Position numbers and translations under genes: made by a program. The notes below the pieces were generated by a model. It saw only the letters and a program-made list of their open reading frames with translations. It ran no database searches and was not told the DNA's origin. A stretch of 64,000 bases of DNA from an uncultured Tepidisphaerales bacterium (lineage in GTDB: Bacteria; Planctomycetota; Phycisphaerae; Tepidisphaerales; Tepidisphaeraceae), in assembly GCA_964388485.1 (NCBI GenBank), contig CAYMAS010000008.1, positions 24,423 through 88,422 on the forward strand. Direction: 5' to 3'. Below, piece after piece: positions 34,652 through 41,905 of the stretch (the first letter of the stretch is position 1; the number at the start of each line of letters is the position of its first letter).

Positions 34652-36802
34652 ATGAACAAGTCGAAGACCTCGAGATGGCGACTGCCACGTTCGAGCCTCC
34701 TGGCGATGCTGATCACGCTGATGCTGGCAGGTCCGCATGCTGCCAAGGCGCAGGATCGTGACCGGCTCGATCTGAGCCATGACTACGAGTGGAAGCCCCT
34801 GCTGATGGGTGCCGGAGGCTTCGTCACCGGGGTGGTCCTGCATCCAGAGGAGCCAGGCCTGATCTATGGCCGAACCGATGTCGGCAACGCTTACCGGTGG
34901 AGCGAGGACGACGAGGTTTGGACACCGCTCATCACGGACGCGTCGATGCCCGCTGGCATGCCGCCGCGGTCCCATGGTGTGGCGTCGATCGCGGTTGACC
35001 CGACAGACCCTGATGTCGTCTATATGGCCTTTGCCGCTCCGGACGAAGAAGGTACCATCTACCGCTCCGCCGACCGCGGAGCGTCCTGGACGCCTGGCGA
35101 CCTGCGGGTCAAGATCGCACCCAATGGCCTAGGCCGACTCGATGGGGAGCGGCTGGCGGTGGATTTCAAACGCCCAAACACGCTTTTCTACGGCTCGAAC
35201 AACAATGGCCTGTGGCAGAGTCAAGACGCCGGGGCGACTTGGAAGCAGATCACGAACGGCATTGCGAAGGATCTCGACGTCCGCGAAGTGCTCGTTGATC
35301 CGCAGGCGGCGATCGTCTACTGCATCGCCCGCGAAGATGCCGTTTACCGCTCGACCGATGGCGGCTCGACATTCGCCGCCATCACCGGCGGCCCGGATCA
35401 ACCTCCGACCGGCAACGACTGGCGGGATGCTGATCTCGGACCAGACAGCACGCTGTACGTCCTGAGCGATCGAACCAGCGGCATCTCCGGCAACGCGTCG
35501 GCGAGCGTGTGGCGATTCGACGCTAAATCATCGAAGTGGAGCGAGATCTCTCCCGCCGGCAACCAGGCCTCCTACATCGACTTGGCCGTCAACCCGTTTG
35601 ACGCCAACCACCTCCACGTCGCGCTCGGCAATGGCCAGAGCTTCCGCAGTCTCGACGGCGGCACAACGTGGAGCAAGCGTCTAGCCGTCTCGCGTGGTGA
35701 AGTCGACGTGCCATGGCATGCATGGACCAACGAAAACTGGTTCTCGACCGCCGACATCGCCTTCGATCCGCACGTCAGAAATCGCCTGTGGACCGCCCAA
35801 GGCATTGGCGTCTGGCGGACGAGCGATATCTTCGACCACGAAGTCACCTGGGCTGGCGTCTCGGCGGGCATAGAGGAGCTGGTCTGCAACGCCGTTATCG
35901 CTCCGCCGGGCGGGGACCCGATCACGATGGTCTGGGACCGCACCGGTTACCGGCACGAGAACCTCGACGCGTTCCCGGTCGATCACCTGCCGGGCGATGG
36001 TGTCGAGGGCGGCAACGACTTCTCCAGCGGCTGGGATGTTACCTATTCAGCTCAAAATTCGGACTTCGTGGCGATCATCAGCGAAGACTACCGCGACCGC
36101 AAGCCGCACTTCAGCGGCTGGAGCGACGACGGTGGCAAGACGTGGAACGTCTTCGAATCCATCGGCGACCCGCAGCTTCGCGGCAAGGACGACCCGAACG
36201 AGACACACCCGCCGCGGCTGTCGTTCGGCAACATCGCCGTCAGTGCGACCGACGTCGACCGCATGGTCTGGTTGCCGGGCACCGGCGACGTGCCGTACGT
36301 GACGGCCAATCGCGGCAAGACGTGGCAGCCCAGCAAGGGGACACCGGGCAACCTCATTGGCGCCCATTACCGCAACGTCAAAGCTCTGGCGGCCGACCCG
36401 ATCCAGGGCAACGTCTTTTGGCTGTGGAACCACCACTTCGATGGCGGCATCCTTCGCAGTGACGACTTCGGCAAAACGTTCAGCCCAATCGTCAGCAAAG
36501 GCCTGCCCGAGGGCGGACTCGACAACTTCGTCCACGGAAAATTCGCCGTCACGCCTGGACAAAGCGGGCACCTGTGGATCTGCGACATCGATCAGATCAA
36601 GAACCCGACCGACGGTGGCTTGTACCACAGCACGGACGGCGGCAAGTCCTTCCAGCGCGTCGGGCCGTTCCAAAAGCCGATCCAAATCGGCTTCGGCAAG
36701 GCGGCACCGGGCAGCGACTCGGCGACCGTGTTTGTCTACGGCGTCGTTGGCCAGGACTACGGCCTCTATCGCTCGATCAACGACGGTCGAAGTTGGGCCT
36801 AA
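34652..36802 (+). CDS. GH74-like double-propeller protein, secreted; truncated by a 1-nt frameshift (homology continues to 36974 in the +1 frame)
   Basis: GAGGA before the ATG. Signal peptide present. MGAGGFVTGVVLHPEEPGLIYGRTDVGNAYRW and the rest are collinear with the giant protein's N-terminal region. It ends GRSWA*, whereas the paralog reads GQTWDKIDNAPGGILD. Confidence 0.8.
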   Translation: MNKSKTSRWRLPRSSLLAMLITLMLAGPHAAKAQDRDRLDLSHDYEWKPLLMGAGGFVTGVVLHPEEPGLIYGRTDVGNAYRWSEDDEVWTPLITDASMPAGMPPRSHGVASIAVDPTDPDVVYMAFAAPDEEGTIYRSADRGASWTPGDLRVKIAPNGLGRLDGERLAVDFKRPNTLFYGSNNNGLWQSQDAGATWKQITNGIAKDLDVREVLVDPQAAIVYCIAREDAVYRSTDGGSTFAAITGGPDQPPTGNDWRDADLGPDSTLYVLSDRTSGISGNASASVWRFDAKSSKWSEISPAGNQASYIDLAVNPFDANHLHVALGNGQSFRSLDGGTTWSKRLAVSRGEVDVPWHAWTNENWFSTADIAFDPHVRNRLWTAQGIGVWRTSDIFDHEVTWAGVSAGIEELVCNAVIAPPGGDPITMVWDRTGYRHENLDAFPVDHLPGDGVEGGNDFSSGWDVTYSAQNSDFVAIISEDYRDRKPHFSGWSDDGGKTWNVFESIGDPQLRGKDDPNETHPPRLSFGNIAVSATDVDRMVWLPGTGDVPYVTANRGKTWQPSKGTPGNLIGAHYRNVKALAADPIQGNVFWLWNHHFDGGILRSDDFGKTFSPIVSKGLPEGGLDNFVHGKFAVTPGQSGHLWICDIDQIKNPTDGGLYHSTDGGKSFQRVGPFQKPIQIGFGKAAPGSDSATVFVYGVVGQDYGLYRSINDGRSWA

Positions 36803-36961
36803 GATCGATGACGCACCCGGCGGGATTCTCGACAAGATCACCTGCCTGAGCGGCGACATGGACGTGTTCGGTCGTGTCTACCTTGGCACGAGTGGCAACA
36901 GCTTCGTCTATGGAACGCCTCGGTCGTCCTTTGCCGCTGCTCCTTCCCTCAAACACGAATC

Positions 36962-38137
36962 ATGGCATCCTTGAACATCGGCGTCATCGGCGCGGGCATG
37001 ATCGCCCGCGGGGCGGTCAAGAGCATCAACCAGCACGACGACGTCAAGATCGTCGCCGCCTTCGATCCCGACGCCGAGCGACTGGCCTCGCTCCAAGAGC
37101 TTGGCGAGATCACGCGGACGCACAATTCGCGGCAGAAGCTGCTCGAGGATGACGAGTTAGACGCGGTTTATGTCGCCGTCCCGAACAAGTTCCACGCCGA
37201 GACCGCCCGCGCGGTTCTGCAGAGCGGCCGACACTGCCTGCTCGAAAAGCCGTTCGCCCTCAGTTATGCCGAGGCCAAGAGCGTCGTCGACGCGGCAGAC
37301 GAAAGCGGCAAAACCTTCATGCTGGGCATGAACCAGCGATTCGGCGCGGGTCGTCAGCGTGTTCGCAGACTCGTTCGCGACGGCGTGCTCGGCGAGATCT
37401 ATCACGCCAAGGGCTTCTGGATGCGACGCGGCGGTATCCCGAAGCTCAACACCTGGTTCGGCCACAAGAGTGCATCCGGCGGCGGGTGCATGCTCGACAT
37501 CGGCGTGCACATGCTCGACCTGACGATGTGGCTCGCCGACAACTTCCGGCCCACGAGCGTGCTGTCCAAAACCTACACGAAGTTCGGCCCGCGCGGCATC
37601 GGTGAGGGCGGCTGGGGGCTCAGCGATGCCGACCCGTCGCTCAGCTTCGACGTCGACGACTTCGCTAGCGCGCTCGTCACCTTCGAGAACGGCATGACGC
37701 TCGCGGTCGACGTCTCCTGGGCTGCGATGATGGAGGTCGATAGCCGTGAGGGCAGTCAGCTGTTCGGCACCGAGGCCGGCGCGAGTGTCGACCCGGCCAA
37801 GCTGCACCGCCTGGCCGAAGGCGTCGCCGCCCCGCAGGCCGAGGCCGACGGTTCAGATCCCAACGCGGCTGACGTGTCGAAGAGCGTTTACGAGACGCTG
37901 ACCATCGGCGACGAGGGAGCGGGCGAAGGCTCGCAGCAGGGCAGCATCGGCGTGCCGCTCGAGTACGAGCATTGCAACCGTTTCCACAACTTCATCAACG
38001 CCGTCCTCGGCCGCGAGGCCAAGTGCTGCCTCGACCACGAAGTGCTGACCGTGCAGAAGGTGCTCGACGCGATCTACGAGAGCAGCCGCACCGGCCGGCA
38101 GGTCGATGTCACGCCCGAAGAGCCCAAGGCGTCGTGA
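36962..38137 (+). CDS. Gfo/Idh/MocA family oxidoreductase
   Basis: LNIGVIGAGMIARGAV...VAAFDPD...AVYVAVPNKFHAE...HCLLEKPFA is the canonical family pattern. Confidence 0.85.
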   Translation: MASLNIGVIGAGMIARGAVKSINQHDDVKIVAAFDPDAERLASLQELGEITRTHNSRQKLLEDDELDAVYVAVPNKFHAETARAVLQSGRHCLLEKPFALSYAEAKSVVDAADESGKTFMLGMNQRFGAGRQRVRRLVRDGVLGEIYHAKGFWMRRGGIPKLNTWFGHKSASGGGCMLDIGVHMLDLTMWLADNFRPTSVLSKTYTKFGPRGIGEGGWGLSDADPSLSFDVDDFASALVTFENGMTLAVDVSWAAMMEVDSREGSQLFGTEAGASVDPAKLHRLAEGVAAPQAEADGSDPNAADVSKSVYETLTIGDEGAGEGSQQGSIGVPLEYEHCNRFHNFINAVLGREAKCCLDHEVLTVQKVLDAIYESSRTGRQVDVTPEEPKAS

Positions 38138-39516
38138 GCGACGACTTCCTGAAGCCGGCGTGGAGCGTCGACCTCGGCCAGCCGATCGGCCAGTGTCGGG
38201 CCGTGCCGGTGCGACTCGGCAGCGGCGGCGGGCACGACGGCATCGACGCGATTCTCGTCGTCGTCGGTGGCGATTTCGACGTCGACCCATTCAGCGAGAT
38301 GTTCTTCCTGCCGAGGGACACGCTGAAGCTCGTTCTGCTCGACGCCGTCGACGGCAGCGTGATCTGGCGGCAGGATTTGGGCCGCGGCGTCATTCCGGGC
38401 ATGTGGTTCTGCCCCGTGCTGCCGTTCGACCTGGACGGCGACGGCGTCGACGAGATCTGGCTCGTCACGGGCGAGCCGGACCATCCGATGACGGCCTACG
38501 ACGCAAAGCTCGAGCGTCGCGACGCGGCCACGGGTGAGATCACGGGCCGGTGGAAGTGGCCGATCAAGTTCGGGCACGAGGCGATGTCGAGCGTCTATCG
38601 CCGGTTTTTGATGCCGGCCTTCGTCCACGGCGAGGCGGTCCTCGTTGCCGGGCAAGGCACGTACGAAAACATGCTGCTGACGGCCTTCGACGCCCAGATG
38701 AACCAGCGATGGCAGACGGAGATGACAGCGGATGCGCCCGGTGCCCGTGGCAGCCACATGTGCGCGATCGTCGACCTCGACGGCGACGGAATCGACGAGG
38801 TGCTCTGGGGCGAACGCGTCATAAGGCTCAGCGACGGTCGCGAGCTGTTCTGCTGCGACCGCGACGTCTACCGCGGCCACAGCGACGTCGTCCAGCCGAT
38901 CCGGCTCGACGACGGCTCGTGGCGGATCTTCACCTGTCGTGAGGACGACTACGAGGCGAGCCCGCGGGTCGTGATGTTTGACGGCGAAGGCCGCCGGCTG
39001 TGGGGCCACGTCGACCGCGGGCACATCGATATGGGCTGGACCGCACGCATCGGCCCCGGCGGACGGCTCGTCACGACGGCGATCAAGATCGGCAAGAAGA
39101 CCTGCGGCCCCGACGGCCGATTTCATCAGGCGATCGAGGAGTTCGCCTTCGACACGATCACCGGCGAGCCGATCGAGCTGGGCTTCTCGCACTACCGCAC
39201 GCTGCCGGTCGACCTCGACGGCGACGGCCGACACGAACTGGTTCGCGGCCAGGCCAGCGGCGGCGGTGAGGTGTTAGACAGCGACGGCAACTTGCTTTTC
39301 GACCTCGGCGGGCCGGTCGCGATGCTCAGCCGCTTCCTCGACCTGCCCGGCGAGCAACTGCTGAGCTACCACGCCGACGGCGGACTGACAGCGTGGCACT
39401 GCCCGGGAGCCGTCGACACGCCCGCCGCGACGGTTCGGTATGCCGACGCGACCTACCGGACGAACCAGCGGCTGACGAGCAGCGGCTACAACCTGATCAA
39501 CCTCGGCGGGCTCTGA
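38134..39516 (+). CDS. FG-GAP/PL11-like calcium beta-propeller protein (rhamnogalacturonan-lyase-like), no signal peptide
   Basis: GTG start in a GTGA overlap with the upstream stop. Repeated DLDGDG(V/I)DE motifs, with tail YRTNQRLTSSGYNLINLGG. The upstream part of ORF 37972.. overlaps the oxidoreductase and is discarded. Confidence 0.45.
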   Translation: MSDDFLKPAWSVDLGQPIGQCRAVPVRLGSGGGHDGIDAILVVVGGDFDVDPFSEMFFLPRDTLKLVLLDAVDGSVIWRQDLGRGVIPGMWFCPVLPFDLDGDGVDEIWLVTGEPDHPMTAYDAKLERRDAATGEITGRWKWPIKFGHEAMSSVYRRFLMPAFVHGEAVLVAGQGTYENMLLTAFDAQMNQRWQTEMTADAPGARGSHMCAIVDLDGDGIDEVLWGERVIRLSDGRELFCCDRDVYRGHSDVVQPIRLDDGSWRIFTCREDDYEASPRVVMFDGEGRRLWGHVDRGHIDMGWTARIGPGGRLVTTAIKIGKKTCGPDGRFHQAIEEFAFDTITGEPIELGFSHYRTLPVDLDGDGRHELVRGQASGGGEVLDSDGNLLFDLGGPVAMLSRFLDLPGEQLLSYHADGGLTAWHCPGAVDTPAATVRYADATYRTNQRLTSSGYNLINLGGL

Positions 39517-39550
39517 CTTCTTGACGAGGCGCCGAGCGTCGGGTACCTTG

Positions 39551-39564
39551 GTGCAACGTTGCAC
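39551..39564. promoter_or_regulatory. Perfect 14-bp palindrome GTGCAACGTTGCAC (operator candidate)
   Basis: Ends about 33 bp upstream of ATG 39597. It is the best copy of the recurring motif. Confidence 0.65.
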
Positions 39565-39596
39565 CGCCTGCCGGCTGTGACACCCTGGAGGAACCT

Positions 39597-41882
39597 ATGA
39601 CCCGCCCGACGAAGCGTCTCACTTCATGCGTTCGTCTCGCCCTCGCCGCTTGTCTGCTCGGCGGGGTTGCCGTCGCCTCGGCCGAGGAAGCCAAGCCCGT
39701 CGATCACTGGATCGAGCAGCGACGCGAGCAGCAGGCCCAGCAGAACGACGAGCGGCTGGCCGAGCTGCAGCTGGCGGCGGGCGTCTATCTCAGCAACAAG
39801 GGTGCCCGCGAGACGGCCGAGAAGACCGGCTTCCCCGAAGCCGCCGCGGCGCTCGAGCAGTACATGGCCGGCGAGGGCAAGGCTCTGCTCGCCAAGGTGC
39901 GGGCGGGCGAAGCGCTGACCGACGAGGAGCAGAAGTACCGCAACGTTGTCCTGGCCGTCTGGTACCGCGTCGGCCACAGCGCCGGGTCCGACATCAAGAA
40001 GGACCGCGAGCTGGAGCACGAGTACTACCTCGCAGACGAGCTCGATTTGTCTGCTGACGACATGCGGCAGGCGTATGCCGACCTCGGCAAGGCGAGGGAG
40101 CACGGCATCGAAGTGCTCCGCCAGGCTTACCTCGACGGCGGCATGCTCACGGCCGAGGATCTGCAGGCGATCGAAGACCTGCGCATCGCGTACAGCGGCC
40201 AGTCGATCAGCGAGATGTACCTGCCGGCGCAGCTCGGGTTCCACCCGCTCGCCCCGCGCAGCAAGCCCGACGGCGACTTCTCCTGGGGCCACGAGATCCG
40301 CCGCCAGTTGCCGGGCACGAAAGCACCGGACGTCCGGCGGGCGACGCTCGAAGCCGTCCGCGAACGTGACAGCTACACCGAAATCCCCGACTTCGCCCGT
40401 GGCTTCCGCTCTCTCGTCCGGCCGGACGGCGTGCTGGAGTATCTCGTTCCGATGAGCGGGTACGAGATGAGCGAAGTCGACGGCACGCCAATCGCGAAGC
40501 TGCCCGATAACCTCGCGGGTCCGGGCGGCGAAGGCACCGTCTCGGTGCAGGAGATCGTCGACGGCAAGCCGGTGCTCTTCTTCCACAACGACCCGGTCGA
40601 CCTGCCCTTCACGCGGGCGATCGACATGGTGCCGGTCGTGATGAAGGCGTACGAGGACGTCTTCGACTTCCACTTCGCCACCGTTGGCATCCACGACCGC
40701 AACTACGCCTCCAACCGCTTCTACGAGTTCGCCAATCCCAGCGGCAGTCTTCGGGTCGGGCACCACCACACGTGGGACGAAGAAGAGCGTGCCCGCCGAT
40801 TGAGCGTCATGCTCGTCCAGTGGCCGCAAAGTGACGTCTTCCCGGCGAGCGTCGACAACATGTTCGACCACACGAAGGACCGTTTTGCCGGCAACGGCGG
40901 GCAAAACCGGTACTACCTCGTCGGCCACGACGGCGTGATCAGCCACGAGAACGCCGGACCCTTCGAGGCGACGAACGAGTTCAATGTGGCCGAAGGCGCG
41001 ATGATCCGACTGCTCGAGAACGGCGGCACCGGCGTCGTCGAAGAGGCGGACAAGCTGCCCTACTTCGCCCCGAGCGACCCCGACCTGCTGATCACCTCGG
41101 CCGACGTGACGAAGGTCGATTCGGACGGCATCGAGCTGAGCTGGAACGGCAACACGTTCCGCGTCGAGCCGACCGAGCACGCCCGCGTCACGCTGAACCA
41201 CGAACCGGCCGAGCTGAACGACCTGCAGGTCGGCGACAAGGCGATCGTCTTCTCGCGGCTGAGCCGGGTGATGCCTGGCGTGAGCTTCGCATGGCCGGAC
41301 GTCGGGCACGAGCGCCTCAGCGAGCCGATGACGCTCGAACAGGACGGCCGGACCTTTGTCGGCCGCCGCTTGGGGCACATGAATTCGATGGACCAGCACG
41401 TCCTGCTGCTCGATGACCTCGACGGCATCGACGTCCTGCCAGGTACGCAGATCATGGGCCTGCGTGACCAGAAGCGGCACAATCGCCAGGAAACCTATGC
41501 CAACACGAGGATCATCTGGCGGGGCGGCCGCGTGACGGCGGTCGATCCCCAGACGCGGGAAGTCACCGTCGCCTGGCACGACTACGACACCGACGGTGTC
41601 AACGGCCGCTCCATCCTGAAGGAATGGGACGACGAGGGCATCGAGTACAAGCTCGACCGCGACACAAAACGTCGCCACGAAATCGTCGAGACCTGGATCG
41701 AAGCCGGCTCAGGAGAGTCGAAGCTCCACGTGCCCGATCACTGCGCGATCACGCTCAACGGCCGATACCAGAACGACATCGTTGCCGAGCCGGGGGATTT
41801 CGTCACCGCACGCTTCCCGCTGAACGTGATGGATCAAGGGACGCCGCCGACGAACTTCCTGCGGATCACCCGCCTGCCCTGA
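39597..41882 (+). CDS. Secreted protein consisting of the unassigned 'module X' (paralog of the giant protein's C-terminus)
   Basis: GGAGGAACCT before the ATG. Signal peptide ...LALAACLLGGVAVASAEE. 761 aa. Ordered shared blocks with 15830..18030(-), including HHTWDEEERARRLS (40761..40799). Confidence 0.85.
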   Translation: MTRPTKRLTSCVRLALAACLLGGVAVASAEEAKPVDHWIEQRREQQAQQNDERLAELQLAAGVYLSNKGARETAEKTGFPEAAAALEQYMAGEGKALLAKVRAGEALTDEEQKYRNVVLAVWYRVGHSAGSDIKKDRELEHEYYLADELDLSADDMRQAYADLGKAREHGIEVLRQAYLDGGMLTAEDLQAIEDLRIAYSGQSISEMYLPAQLGFHPLAPRSKPDGDFSWGHEIRRQLPGTKAPDVRRATLEAVRERDSYTEIPDFARGFRSLVRPDGVLEYLVPMSGYEMSEVDGTPIAKLPDNLAGPGGEGTVSVQEIVDGKPVLFFHNDPVDLPFTRAIDMVPVVMKAYEDVFDFHFATVGIHDRNYASNRFYEFANPSGSLRVGHHHTWDEEERARRLSVMLVQWPQSDVFPASVDNMFDHTKDRFAGNGGQNRYYLVGHDGVISHENAGPFEATNEFNVAEGAMIRLLENGGTGVVEEADKLPYFAPSDPDLLITSADVTKVDSDGIELSWNGNTFRVEPTEHARVTLNHEPAELNDLQVGDKAIVFSRLSRVMPGVSFAWPDVGHERLSEPMTLEQDGRTFVGRRLGHMNSMDQHVLLLDDLDGIDVLPGTQIMGLRDQKRHNRQETYANTRIIWRGGRVTAVDPQTREVTVAWHDYDTDGVNGRSILKEWDDEGIEYKLDRDTKRRHEIVETWIEAGSGESKLHVPDHCAITLNGRYQNDIVAEPGDFVTARFPLNVMDQGTPPTNFLRITRLP
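39938..39951. promoter_or_regulatory. Intragenic operator-like site CCGCAACGTTGTCC
   Basis: CAACGTTG core. Centre is 387 bp from the centre of the 39551..39564 palindrome. Confidence 0.35.
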
Positions 41883-41905
41883 AGCCGATTCGAAACACCT
41901 TTGTT

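Noticed and set aside
36797-36802. Programmed +1 ribosomal frameshift at GCC-TAA-G
   Set aside because: No slippery re-pairing is possible (the Ala tRNA on GCC cannot re-pair on CCU), and there is no upstream SD-like stimulator as in prfB. A mutation or sequencing error is more likely.
39624-41678. 684-aa minus-strand ORF
   Set aside because: Antisense to the module X gene, whose reality is supported by paralogy with the giant protein, an RBS and a signal peptide.
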